The notes beneath the pieces are model-generated. The model did not search any database. It worked only from the letters and a program-made list of their open reading frames with translations, and was not told the origin of the DNA. A stretch of 64,000 bases of DNA, taken from NCBI GenBank assembly GCA_028023455.1, contig JAQFVV010000002.1:32674001-32738000 (forward strand), read 5' to 3'. This document shows, in pieces, positions 35,460 through 49,260 of this stretch. How positions within the stretch are numbered: position 1 is the first letter of the stretch; each line of letters opens with the position of its first letter. The position numbers were made by a program, and so were the translations under genes. The stretch is from Epiperipatus broadwayi (taxonomy: Eukaryota > Animalia > Onychophora).

Positions 35460-37430
35460 GGGTAAATATACTGTGTAAAAACATTTCAGTAGCTATAATT
35501 TTAAAAAAAAAATTATAATTTTTTTTGGTACTTGCGAGTTTTCAGGACTACCAAGATGGCAGTTCGTATTTTTGATAAAATTTGATAAATATACAGTTTT
35601 GAGGACTTGCTAAGATGGCAGCTTGTATGTTTGATAAATTTCACTAACAGTCTTCCAACATTTACAAAATTAACATTAATTTTTTAAAAAAGGAATACAT
35701 TTCGATAAATTTGATTAACAATTTTTATTTCAATTTTTTTTTATTTCTCTCAAAAACTTTTACAAAACCGATGTTAAATTTGGATCCCAGTTTGTAGTTT
35801 TGATAAAATTTGATAAATATACAGTTTTGAGGACTTACCAAGATGGCAGTTAATATCTTTAATACATTTCATTAACAATCTTCCAACATTTACAAAATTA
35901 CCATTAAATTAAAAAAAGAAATAAATTCCGATAAATTTCATTGACAATCTTTATTTTAATTTTTTTTTACTTCACTCAAAACTTTTACAAAAGCAATGTT
36001 AAATTTCCAAAAAAGGAATAAACTCTGATAAATTGCATTAATAATATTTATTTCAATTGTTTTTTGCTTTCCCCAAAAACATTTATATAATGAATGTAGG
36101 TCGTACAATCTCCTAATCTGTATTAAATTAAAAAAATAAAGCAATAAATTCTGATAAATTTAATTGACAATCTTTATTTCAATTTTTTTTGTTTACTTCC
36201 TAAAGATAGATTAGTTACATTTACAATGAATGAGTAGAAGGCATACAATCTCCCGAAGATGAACCAAAAAAAAGAAAAAGTAATATAAAAACAATATTTA
36301 CAATTTATTTATGTTTACATTTTTCTGAAGATGTCTTATGTACATTTATAAAAAATGAACCATAAAATAATAATATAAATACAATATTTATAATTTATAT
36401 TGGTATGCAGTCAGTAATGGCTTCCAAAATGGCTACAGATGCTCTGAGGGCCTATAATCTTCTGAAAATCTTAGTTGTTAAATTAAAAAAAAAATTAATG
36501 TAAAATTCTGATAAATTTCAGATAAATTCTGATAAATTTTATTAAGAATATTTATTTCACTTTTTTTTACTTATATTAGAATGTGGAAGTGATGAGACAC
36601 TCTTAACATTGTAACTTTCAGTTCAGCATGTTGCTTTTTGGCCACAGTTTTTTTTTTTTGGGGGGGGGTAAATATTGATAATGATCAAAATTTGGGATCT
36701 TCCTCTCATAGAACAGGATTCAGCGGAGTATTTCCAAAGGGTGAAGTAAAAAACACTGGGGAATCATGCGACAACATCTGGATTCCTATTTAACAGAATT
36801 TATGTGGTGTCGACTGCATCGAAAAAGATTTATTTGTAGTGATTTTGGAAGCCATTAGGGATTGCATGCCACCTACATGAATAAATTGTAAATATTGTAT
36901 TTATATATATGTATATTTTTTGGTTTATTTTTTGTAGATGTAACTAACACATCTTAGAGAGATTATAACCCTGCATTCATTTTTTGTAAATGTAACTAGC
37001 CCATCTTTAGGAGATTGTAGGCCCTCCACTAATTTTTAGTAAATATGACTAACACATCTTCAGGAGATTGGTGCTCCATTCATTACTTTCAGAAAGTAAA
37101 CAAAAATTGAAATAAAAATTAAAAATTTATTGGAAGTTATTCTTTTTTTTAAAATTTAACATTAATTTTTGTAAATGTCAGAAGATTGTTAATGAAATTT
37201 ATCAAAAATATAGGCTGCCATTTTGATATGCCCTTAAAACTATATTTATCAAATATTATCAAAAATATGGACTGCCATATTGGTAGTCCAGAAAATTCAC
37301 AAGTACTTTTTTTTTATTGGCAGTCTGCCATTTTTCTTTTTAGTAGAAAGATAATGACATTTCCTGATGTATAATTCATTTAATTAAATAAAACTTGTAG
37401 AAAAAAGAATTAACACAGTGTACATTTTAA
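35460..37430. mobile_element. ~2-kb foldback/DNA-transposon-like element with long TIRs and internal CAAGATGGCAG repeats
   Basis: 35528-35760 is mirrored at 37100-37305; the left arm contains a ~220-bp tandem duplication. Confidence 0.65.
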
Positions 37431-38149
37431 AAATTATTTTTGGTGCACTTTGTTATATTATCAAAGTTTTTTATTTTTGTAATGTTTAACCAATGAAATT
37501 TTTATTTTTTGCATAATTATTTTTTTTTCAAACCAACAGTTTTCAAATTTATTTATTTTACATAGAGTCAAAATTAAACAAAAATTAGATGAAGTGTAAT
37601 AATATAAATGATTACATTTTTTTTTTGCTGATATGGTTTTTTTTTTATGATTATGATGAAAGCTGCCATTATCTAGAATATGTCAGAAAAACAATATGTG
37701 ATTATTGAAAAAAAATTTGAGTAAATAAATATGTTTAACTTTTTATGTTTAGTAATCTTTCATCAGATAAAATTGAATATTAATGGCATAATGCACAAAA
37801 TCATTTTTTCCTCAAAACAAGTTAAAATTATATGATGATGATATTTTACAATTATGATGATGTATTTTGTTGTAGGCAAAATAGTATAAGAATTTTAATT
37901 CATAAAATTGATTGAATTAGTATATTTAAACTAATGTATGCAATTTAAAATTAAATATGATAGTTGTGCATTATTCTGTCGATCAAGCTTGGCAGCCATT
38001 TTTTAATTATACAGTTTTAGAGATCTACAATAAATATACAAAAACACCTTGTACAAAGACTGACTAAATGTTAGGCATTTTAAGCTTTGAAACACCTAAC
38101 ACAGATATGTCCAGTGCATAAAACTATACTGGAAAAAATGACCAAATAT

Positions 38150-38985
38150 CAAATCACATCCAACATTAAGAAATTCAGCTACGCCCTCAGTGAGTTAATT
38201 TATAAATATATTGGAGTCCATATTTCAAAATAGCCAGCCCCAAAAGGTACCTCTTTGAAACTATATAAGTATAATAAACATGTTTGTTTAAAAGGACTTT
38301 AAGTTTATTATTTATTTAAATTCCATGCTCTCTGTTTGAATTAGTTCGTATTTCAATATTTAAGATTAATAGTGTACAATGAATAGTATTTCTGTAGTGT
38401 AATATTCATTGTACCACTCTCATGCAAGGTAGGGAATGCTTTCTATCCATTTTTAACACCTTGTGGAGAGATGTAATCAAAAATATATAATCAAAGGCAT
38501 GTGAAAAAGAGCTGTGATCCTCACAAGGTGTTAAAAGTGGATAGAAAATATTCCGTATCTTGTGTGAGAGTGGTGTAATGAAAATTACACTACAGAAATA
38601 CTATTCATTATTGGGAGATTTGAAGTACCAGGCACTCTTATACATGGAGCCTAATTGTAAATATAGGGGATTTGAATTCAGACTTTCAAACCCCTTCACT
38701 ATCCACACTATCTCATACTACTGATACACATCGCTACACACATGCATATGTATCAGTAGTATGCAATAGTGTGGATAGTGAAGGGGCTTGTTAGTCTGAG
38801 TTCAAATCCCCTATATTTATTCATTATTGGATAATCTCTAGTCTAATGAATAACTAATAAAAATTACTATTAACGTATAGTTTCAAAGAGGTACTTTTTG
38901 AGTTGGCTGTTTTGAAATACATACTCTAATATATTTATCTACAGAAGGTATAGCTGAATTTCTTAACGTTGGAGATGATATTTAT
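38150..38985. mobile_element. Three nested foldback elements
   Basis: Outer arms 38150-38270 / 38870-38985; inner 38378-38610 (also at 47815-48035); innermost 38616-38818 with 13-bp TSD TATTCATTATTGG. Confidence 0.8.
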
Positions 38986-39073
38986 ATGTATATCGCTAGT
39001 AATTAGAGGAAATATAAAACAGTCATATTGAGCCAAGAGAGAATTACATGTAAAGTGAATTATAAAAATCATG

Positions 39074-39160
39074 TCAAGCGTTGGTGGCCGAGTGGTCAGC
39101 ACAGCTGCCTTTCAAGCAGTTGTCCCCGCTTCCCGGCCAATGCTTTGACATATGGGAAAT
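39074..39160 (+). mobile_element. tRNA-Gly-derived SINE
   Basis: GCGTTGGTGGCCGAGTGGTCAGCACAGCTGCC with a consensus A box TGGCCGAGTGG. Confidence 0.82.
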
Positions 39161-40499
39161 ATATATATTCAATTAGGGAAAAAAATAGAGGTGTGTGTGT
39201 GCGCGCACATTATAAATTATTGCTGTTTTTGTACAATAATCCAAGTTGTGAATTGTGCATTGCAAAATGAAAACAGGTGTGAATTTAAAAAAAATGTGTA
39301 TATGAATGATAATTATATAAGCTAATGTTATAACGAAATCTCTCACCTCTTAAATAGTTATAGGCTTAAGAATTTAGTCAAATTGGCTTCCATAAAGGGA
39401 TAGATAATTGGAATTCTATAAAATAATACTGATTAAAATTAATTTCTATTGCGGATATTTCATGGGGAGTTAAAATCGTCCGTGTAAAATATAACTATCA
39501 TTTACAAAATTCATAAGCAAATCAAATATAGTTTTATGCAATTAAGTATTATTGACACTAATATGTAGATTTAAAATTGAATATTATGAAATGAATTTGT
39601 TTGTTTGTAAAGAAAATAATTTAGTTTTTGTTAATTTCGTAATTAATTTATGTACCTGCAGTTTTAAGATTTAAGAATTAATTTTAATTTGCATAAGTAC
39701 AAATGTTTTCAAAACCAAGAAAAGAAAATTTAATTATAACTAATTATTATTCTTATTTTTTTGTTATTCAATTTGTTAATTAATTGAGACATTAACAAAA
39801 AATCTAAATGAAAGCAAATTTTATCATCAAATAAATAAGCCAACATTTTTTCAAACAACAAGTGCTGTTGTTTTCCGATTTTAGGCAAACATAAGTTGTC
39901 ATATTGAAGAACAGTAAGCATAAAATAAGGTTAAAAATAGCTTCCGTCATTTCTAATCAATTGTATTGAGATGCAGTTAGTTTCATCTTGTTTGGAATTA
40001 AATTGCTTAGTCACTGTTGTTGTGATGCGATGCACTATGGCTTTTCCTTTATCAGAGTCAGGGATCTCTTAGCCAATATGCCCAGAGAAACCTGTTAGTC
40101 ACCTTACCTTCCTTTTCCATTCATCACTCTAAGTTTTTCTCATATTCTTCTTTATCCTGCTTCATGCCATTTCACAGCATCATCTTTGCTTACTCTATGG
40201 TCTTTATATCTAGATCCCCCTTTATCTTTTTCCAAACCCAGCGTAAAAACCTAAGAACCTAATTTCTGTATAATTACTTTGCTTATATTTAGTCTTCCAT
40301 AACTTCATTATTTGTACTTTTTTTTGCTTGTAAGTATTTATATTCAATTAGCAGATGCCTAATATTTTCTATGCCTTCCTTACACAACTTGCAGACTAAA
40401 TCACCCACATTTTTCCATTTATATGTATATTCCCTTGTTGCTAATGATCTGGTTCAAGCCTTAAACAATAGACTACTTTTTTTTGCTATTATCAAAAAT

Positions 40500-43200
40500 T
40501 AACTCACACCCAATGTTCTGTTTACTTATATATGTTTAAACTCTTTTTACTCTTCATACTAGTTCTTCATCTCTTCAACTCCCTATTTTTTATTAATTCT
40601 TTGTCACTATAACACTCAACAATTCTCTTAACACAATCATTCCATCTTTTGTACAAGTATACTGACATAAAGTCTTTGTCTAAATCTTCTGGGTACTATG
40701 CTATCTTTCTCACCCATCTTGTTGCCTGTCCTTGGCTATTCTCATATTATCTATAAATGGCTATCTATGGAACATTTTCATTTTTCTATTTGCATTTCAT
40801 ATAAAAACTTGACTTTCCCATTTCTCCTTGAATTGCCTCCTTTGCTGTCCACATATCTGCATCTAATGCATATCTTCCTACTTCTCTTTGAATTTTTTCT
40901 AAGTAATCTAACACTCCTTTACTAACACATAACACATCATTACCATAAGTGAATCCTGCTACACTCCCTTCAATACAATTCTTGCTACATCATATTTATT
41001 ATATGAAAACACTGTTAATTTCTTTTTTGGTCTCTTTCTTTTCTTTACTTCATTTATCAATTTTTTCTCCCATTCACCCAAGCAAGTTCTCTGATTACTT
41101 AAGATGATTCCTAAATACTTATGAATATTTACCACATTTAACTTTATACCCCCCAATAAAAATTCTTTCTCTTCTCTTTCCTCAGCATTTATCATTATTA
41201 CTTTTGATTGTTCTTCACTAAATTTAATCATCATATCTTTACTCATCCTTGCAAAAGTATTCAGCATAATCTTCCCTATTTTCTGTGCACAAGAAGATAT
41301 CATTAGCAAATAAAAGACCTGAATGTATATATTTTCTTGCCATCTAGTAATAGTATCTCTTTCCCTCCTAATTTTTCTATTCCTCTCTCCATTTCCCTCA
41401 AATATAACAAAAGCAAAATAGGTGACATAGGGCATCTTTTCCTTTGTCCCCCCCCCCCCATTTTAAACTCTGATTTTATATTTCCTAATTGATATGTATA
41501 ATAACTATTTTGTGCAATCTCTTAATAAGATCCATTCACCAAATTTATTAAGCTTACCCATAATCTATTTCTACTTATTCTATTATATACATGTTCTATA
41601 TCTATAAAGATCATATATAACTGTCTCCCTATATTCTTACTCATATCTATAAGTTGTATGACTACAAATAAACTATCCTATATGCATGCCTATTTGATCT
41701 AAAACCTCCTTGCATTTCTGCCATTGTTATTTTCTTCCATCCATTTTACCACTCATCCAGCCATTATATATGCAACAACTTTATATAACACTGACATTAC
41801 CGCTATTGGTCTATAATTGTTTAACTTTTTATGGTTTTTATCCTTTCCTTTAAATTATACCATTATTCTTGTATTATTCCAGCTATCTGGAAAATCTGAC
41901 TTCTATGCCTTTCCACTTTTCAATTTCTTTCCTGCATCATTCAGTTCATTTTCTGTAAACTAATATTTCCATTACTATGTATTTTTATGTTTATTATCAC
42001 ACTGTCCTTCACATCTAACATCTTTTCTATACCCATTACATACTTATTTAAGATTGCCTCTAATTCTTCTCTAGAGCTACACACTTTTCCCTCATCATTT
42101 AATAATACTATTTTTCTCTCCCCTACATTTCTCCTTTTAATGTATTTCCAAAATTTTTTACTCCCATCTCTTACACTTTCATTAATATCCTCAAACAATT
42201 TACTATTTAATTTCATGCTGTCTGTATAATAATGTTTTAGCCAACCTCTTTTTTTGAAATAGTTTTCTCATTTAATATTGTCTTTTTTCACTTTCTTTGT
42301 TTTTAATAGCACATTTGTATTCTCTATGCTTTCCCCCTCTCTTTTACATTTTTACTCATTCCCATTTTTCTATTACTTTTATCTTCTGAAAATTCTCACC
42401 TAAAACCCTATTTGCCACTTTCTCTATTGCATCCCACCACTCCTTATACTCATCCCCAACCAACTCTTCCATGATTTCTTCAACTTTTAATTTATACTCT
42501 TACTTTTATCATTCATTCTCCATCCACATCTTTCATTATTCTTTCTACTTTTATTACTATTTTCCATCATATTACTAAAAAATTTATATTATAACAAAAT
42601 TATGGTCACTATTACATACTCTCTCTTCATTATCAAACACTTTCCATATTTTATTCATTACCTCTTTCTCTACTAATACATAATCTATTGTGTGAAATAT
42701 ATTATTGTATGAAATGTATTATTTGATAAATTTTCAATGTTCAAATTCACTCTCTGATAAAAAAATTTCAAAGCTGTCCATTCTTATTATTCACTTCAAT
42801 ATGCCCATTCATCTCACCTATAACCATTATTTTCTGCCCCTTTTTTGAAACTCTGTATATCCTTAACTATGCATTCATATATGTTACTGTTCCACTCCAT
42901 TGGCCATATACACTATAGCCACCATCCATTCTTGTCTTCTTAATCTTATCTCAAACCACAAATGTTCCTGACACTTTACAGTATTTAAATATTTTCTTGA
43001 CATAACTCCTATACCACCATTCCTTTTTTCATTTTTTTTTCTATTTATACTCTGCCATACCAAATCTTCCCATGTTGGTTTTTCTTCTCTTAAATATGTT
43101 TCACTACTGCTAATATCTAAAGCCCTTTGTTTTTAACTGCTTTGTTTAATTCCAGCCATTTTTCTGGTCTCCTACTACCTTGAATATTCAAATATAACAA
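40500..43200 (-). pseudogene. LINE ORF2: APE endonuclease (~43200-42600) and reverse transcriptase
   Basis: YLNIQG ~43190, GEMNGH ~42810, SDH 42602-42610, LFANDI ~41300, KYLGIIL ~41110; many frameshifts. Confidence 0.85.
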
Positions 43201-43439
43201 TTTTTTCCTTTCTTACTACCCTTTTATGAATTTTTTGACTCTTTCTTCTATTACATTTGTAATTAGCTTGTTTATTATTAATTTTACAGACCCATTTCCT
43301 CTCCACATCTACATTTACATCTGGATCAGCTACCCTTTGTTTACCTCTTACATTCTACCCATTCTTAACTTTCTTATTATTAATACTGTATTTTAATATC
43401 ATACTCCTCTTTATAAGTTTCCTGAACTATAAATATTTT

Positions 43440-44300
43440 TCATAAATCAAAACCCCTAATGCTTCACTTCCTTGTTTTGCTAAGTGCAATCCATCTTTAT
43501 TACATAAACTTCCTCTTACTAATAAAAAAATCCCATACACCCACAAACATAACATTATTTCTCTTGCATAATTTTTTCAATTTCTCTTTTATAGAACATA
43601 TTCTATCTAACATGTACCTATTGTTGAATCTTGGTAGTAATCCAACTACTCCTACTCATTCTTTAATCTTTTTCAAATTACTAATCAATTCTTTGTATCC
43701 TTCTATTATTCTCTCTGATGGCTTTAACACGTAACATAAACATCTCTACTTCCTTGTTTCTTTACCTTATCTATATCATCCCTAATTCTAGTTCCAGGCA
43801 AACATCCTCTTACATACTTATTTTTATTTTTCATTACAATTACATCTCCACATCCTCTAATTAGTGAGTCCCCTATCAAAACTGTCTCTCAGTTTACTTT
43901 CCCTACTTCATCTGTAACATTCTCTTACACCTTTTGAACTTCTTTAGCTACTTCTTTCTTATTGTTTCTATTCATTAATCCTTTGATCTTTTCACACTTC
44001 ATTTTACTTCTACATTCTTTACCTTTTACTTTATCTTACTTAATACTCACCTATTTCTATTGCATTACTTATTTTTGTATCCATATCTCTTGTCAGTCCA
44101 CTAAATGTATACTCTATCTTCCATATATATATTTTCTTCCATTTCTTCCGACTTTTTCTTTAAACTGTCTACACTTGGAAATCCCTTTCTCATTTCTTTT
44201 ATCATGTTTATACATAATTTACACAACCATACACCTTTTACATTTTCCCAATCTTATTTAGCATTTCAAATGGAAAACCTTATCACATATGGTACTGTAA
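43440..44300 (-). pseudogene. LINE ORF1: PHD finger remnant, coiled coil and SGNH/GDSL esterase
   Basis: ICDKVFHLKC..WLCKLC (~44290-44220); VLIGDSLIRG (43865-43873 = GDS), CLPGTRI, VGLLPR, DGLHL (43481-43495). Confidence 0.8.
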
Positions 44301-44373
44301 CAGTGAGAAACGTGTGATTCGTTAACATAGTGCAGAATTCGACCACCACACAGAATGGCAGCACCGTTTAGGT

Positions 44374-44573
44374 AGATAAGGGGGATTTAGATATAAAAGT
44401 TATAGAGTTGACAAAAATTATGTTGTGGAAATGGGATAGAGCAGTTTGTGGGTAAATTTAGAGTGGGGAATGTAAAAGAAAGTGGCTAACAGGTTTATCT
44501 GGGCATAATTGCTGAGATATTCTTGACTTCGTTTAAGGAGAAGCCGTAATACATCACATCGCATCATCACATC
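44374..44573 (+). mobile_element. RTEX-like LINE 3' fragment with ACATC-type tail
   Basis: Matches 5440-5610 and is nearly identical to 60487-60590 in reverse complement. Confidence 0.85.
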
Positions 44574-47500
44574 CACCCATAGGACTGAATTCGAACATAG
44601 TTTATCGGTTCCATAATACAATCTATGAAACAACGCATCCGATGCCACGTTAGTAAACATTTCTTTAGGCACGGGGATCAGGGAGATGCAAGAGAATCAA
44701 GAATTTTATTTCGAGTTAGCCAATCAAAACATTAATCTTAAACATTTATCTTACAGAATCGAGGAAATGTAATATGGAATGTGTATCGAATAAATAAAGA
44801 AGTAACAGCATACGTATAGTTTGACATTATTTATTGAAACATTTAATAATAAATCATTTACTAATAATATTTGGTAATATTTAAAATTGAGTAACGGAAT
44901 TTTCCGATACTGTTATATATTAAAGAAATACTTTTATTTATTTAGAAACATTTATGCGAAATTATTTTACCAATAATACTTTATATTTAAGATCTCAGTA
45001 GTGGTATTTTCCGATACTGTTATGTTTACAAAGAGAAATACATTTTTTTTATGACGTAATCTAGCTACCTAAAATTCTTGAGTAAGTATTTCTAAGGCAT
45101 GCCTTTAGGGATTTATACTTTTACAATACAAGAGTCTAAAGTAAGATTTATAATAATAGCAGCAGATGTTTATTTATTTAATTAAAGATATTTATTAATA
45201 ACTAAGGGCAAACATTTATTTGAGAGAATTATGTCACTAATGCAGGGACGGAGTTATACATAGAATAATAAAGTTAATAAAAGAAACATGTGGTACGTTT
45301 AGAAAGGCGATAGGAAGTGGCAGTATATTGAAACTGCAAAGCCATGAATGAGTTTATAAAAATGGGCTGGCGTTTGCCATAGGCCCGAAGAGGTAAGGTG
45401 TCACATAAGCATAACCAGGGACAAGTGGTTCGTGCCATGATTACCTGCTGGCTGCATGACGATCGTCAAGCCCTACGGGAACATTTATTATGTCCGCTTG
45501 TGTAGGATGACTGGGGTTAATTTCAACTCTATAGAATCCAGAATATTCAAGGCTTGTAATGGGTCATCGCGTCTCTAAAACGTAACACATGTATAATGTA
45601 CAGACGATCCTGTTAAGATTTAAATATATTTTATAACTCGGCCTTACATTATCAACATTTAATAAAGAATGTTTGCGACTCTCAAAGAAATGCAATTTTA
45701 TGGAATTATTAATTAAAATTTAATAAAATATAAACAATATGTAAACTGGGTGATTATTACAACTAATACATCAGCCATTTGCTAAGCAGTAGACCCCTGC
45801 ATTACAATAAATGAAGCATTGAATGTGTGTTGATTTATATGAAAATATTAAGTTATTTATTAAAGTAAATATTAATGAAAATTTGACACGCATTCCAGTT
45901 TCAAGCGATGATAGATTTATACTTAGAAAATTATTAGCATGCGATAATTATATAATAAAATGTAGATTTTAGAAATACACACCCAAGAAGGATAGAGTTA
46001 GGCAGGCTAGATTGTTAAAGAAATTTACATAATATTAATTATTAAATTTATAGTTTTACAATGAGAATTTACAGTTGATAGTTTATAAGTTATAAAAAGA
46101 TGAATGAGCTATAGCAGGATATTAGTAGAGTACTCTAGAGAATTTGGATACAGGTACCTGTTTTATGAGAAGTTTTCCAATTCAGTGATCAGTAGTAAAT
46201 TGTTCATGATTCTAGCATTAGCAGTTCTTTCCAGTGTTTTGGTGATTTAATTATTTGAATAGCAGCAGCAGTTTTCTAATTGTTCAGGGCAGTAGATCTT
46301 CTTTGTTGGATTTTATGGAAGGCACGGGCGTAGGTTCTCGGCAAACAGTTGACCGTCTCCAGGGAGAATAGTCTTTGGCGCTTTCTACTCACGCATACTG
46401 TGGCACATAAAACAATATATATATTTGGAGACTCTCAACTGTTCGAGAGCAAGGCTAAAGTTCAACTGAAAGTTTCTAGAAAGTCTAAAATGGCCTCCTT
46501 TCTTAGATCTTATCTTTTACATTTTTGTTATAGTTTATTTTTGGATTCCACTTAATCTGCCCTGAGGATAATCAATGCATTTTGTTAAGTTTAATTATAG
46601 AAAAAGCTGCCTTTCTATTGTTTACATTTACATTTTATAATTACATTTGGGGGAATTTTTCTTTAATTAATCTATTATCTCTCACCGACTATTGCTTTTA
46701 AAATTTCAATACAAAAGGGAACATATGATTATTTTTACTTTAATTAAATATTACAATCTATTTCTAAAATTATTACTAAATGAAATTTAAACAAAGCAAT
46801 AAATAACGGATTTTACAATTGAAAATAAATAGTTAAAATTATATATTTTTATATAACTAAAAGAAGAAATCTAAATTATATTATTTATCTTTATTTATTG
46901 CCTTAAATTTGATATTGAAATGTGTGCGTGTTTATAGTGAATTCTACATATATCTATACATTTTTAATATTACTACACACACAATTCAATACCAAAAAGT
47001 TTAAATTTGGGTAGGATAGAGCGGTGAGTGAGAGACGATAGAAAAAGGTGAAACTTAAGATTCGAATACGAATCTTACTATTTCAGTACACTCTACCAAA
47101 GCATGTCTAATTTCCATCTGACCATCATCCATACATTATGGGATACGAATGCAATCCATATTTCCTTATTTTTCTATTCCCCTATTCTATATTTAAATTT
47201 ATGATTTTTCTACTATTCCTCAAACCTCTTTAAATAAAAGAAGAAAAAAACTTTTTTTAAAAAATGGCATTCGATAAGCATATGTTTTAGGACACCACAT
47301 ATGTAGTGCTCTATGAACTAGTAGTGAACGTTGTAAGGAAAATAAGTTAATCAAGTTTATTGGTGAAACAAAGCTAAGTGAGATTGTAAATTAGAGTTAT
47401 TGTTTTTTATGGTAACTATGGAGAAGTTTATTCATCTTTATATATTTTTAATACAATAATTTGCTGGTTTTAGTTGAGGCATTTTGGAAGTGTAATTTTT

Positions 47501-47789
47501 ATTGAAATACTGGATAAAGATCCTTAAAATGTCTTATAACTTGCTAATGTCTATTCTACAACATGAAATGTTTTTCAAACATCTTGTGTTGGTAGATGGG
47601 GTATTAACGCAGGGACATATTTCATTAATCCTTCTACCAACCTATGATGAGTGAAAAACTGAAAGAATCTTATTAATATATTATAAATATAGTTACTGCT
47701 TCTTGAAATTTCCTCTAGTAGGTTTGGTCATGGACTGCCAGCACTGATTTAGATGTGAAAGACCCTGAAGTCATTAATAATTTTTATTG

Positions 47790-48035
47790 ATCATTCATTA
47801 GTCTAGAGATTATTTAATAATAAAGAATATTTCTGTACTATAATTTTCACTACATACTCTCATGCAGGATAGTTATTGGTTTCTATCCACTTTTAACACC
47901 TTTTGGAGATATACAATTATAAGCATATAACCGAAGACATGTGAGAGAGATCTATGATCCCCAAGATGCACATTTTATGTGAACCTTGCATGAGAATGGT
48001 GTAATGAAAATTACATTACAGAAAATATTCATTAC
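47790..48035. mobile_element. Foldback/MITE-like element, same family as 38378-38610
   Basis: Shared arms (ATTTCTGTA..CTCTCATGCA) and same-orientation spacer. Confidence 0.75.
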
Positions 48036-49260
48036 ACTGCATGTTTGTAGATATTTTGCCCTGGAAAATTTAACCCAGAAATGAAATGAGAGTCCAAAAC
48101 TAAATGATCATAGATCAAATCTCAACATGTCACTTCTCATACCGGAATATCACATCATTCCAGAATAAATCACCAAATGATGTGGCATTTTTAGGAACCT
48201 ATTGATCATGTTATATATGGTGGGTTACCTGCATTTTCTCTTCTCTGTCCTTCTGACAAATGTTTCTATGTACAATATATTTCAGTAAAAGGTAATGGTT
48301 CTTTTTCCAAGCTGCATACCACACCGTTTCTGAATCAACACATGGTTTATATAGTCACATAGTTTTACTATTTACTATAATTTTAAGTCTGTAGCATAGC
48401 ATGTTTGATTCATGAATTACAACATGGAATGTGTGTTTAGTATCTTAATGTTGAATGTTCTTCCTCCATTATAAAATCTTGTCATCTTTTGAAAATATTC
48501 TTGATACTCATAGCTTGAATACCATACACAGTGGAATCATTTTAAATGTTTCTGTTAACAGTTTTTCCCAATATATGCAAAATTGAATGTTAGTATGTTG
48601 TTCCTTCATGGGTTAAGGTACATAACACATGTGATAATTTGTGATCCAAATGTGTTAATATTTTAAAATTGTTGTGGTGAATAGCTAAATTACGCTGCTA
48701 TGTAACATGAATTGATTCTGAGATTGTGCTGAAAGAAATTTGGAAAGAGAAGCAATCAAGTTTGGAAAAATCCATTTTTGGGATTGGGGTGCTCCATTTT
48801 TTTAGATATACTGTACTTAAAACTTCCACTTCACCACATATTCTTGAAATAAGAATAAGAAGAGCTGAAAAAGACGAATGGCTCCCAAGAATGTATTTCA
48901 TGCCGAACCAGCAATCATACCTGGACGAGAAGTGATATGATGATCTCGAGCCTAATAAATGATTGGTAACAATTATTAATGTATGGTGCCAAAGTTGTGA
49001 GTACAGAATGTTTTACATTTATGAATCAAATTGTATTTTTAAACACATCACAGTTGAAACTGTAGCAGTTGGTTATAATCTATTACTATATGAGTATTCT
49101 TTAGCTTTAAGCATTCTTTAATATATATATAATTTAGAGCTAATAATACTCAAGGCTAGATTGGACAATAAATGTAAATTCATTGAAAGCAATTGATTGT
49201 TATTGATATTGGTTTGGTTTCAATGAAGTTACATATATAATTTTATATAATTAGATGATT

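Larger units (their letters stand above)
40015..44300 (-). mobile_element. Near full-length decayed RTEX-like LINE (ORF1 PHD + SGNH esterase; ORF2 APE-RT; (CATC(A/G))n tail)
   Basis: Motif order PHD, GDS..DGLHL, YLNIQG..GEMNGH..IDY..SDH, CPMSP, GLLFANDI, YLG, then 3' UTR and tail. Confidence 0.85.

Noticed and set aside
1831-39160. Functional tRNA genes
   Set aside because: All tRNA-like sequences have disrupted arms and element bodies or tails; none forms an intact cloverleaf.
45380-45450. Densovirus VP1 PLA2-like peptide (PLVPGYAY)
   Set aside because: Lacks YLGPGN and HD motifs.
48690-48950. PLE C-terminus with a following hammerhead
   Set aside because: No GIY-YIG core; CTGGACGA..TCTCGAG is not a valid core.
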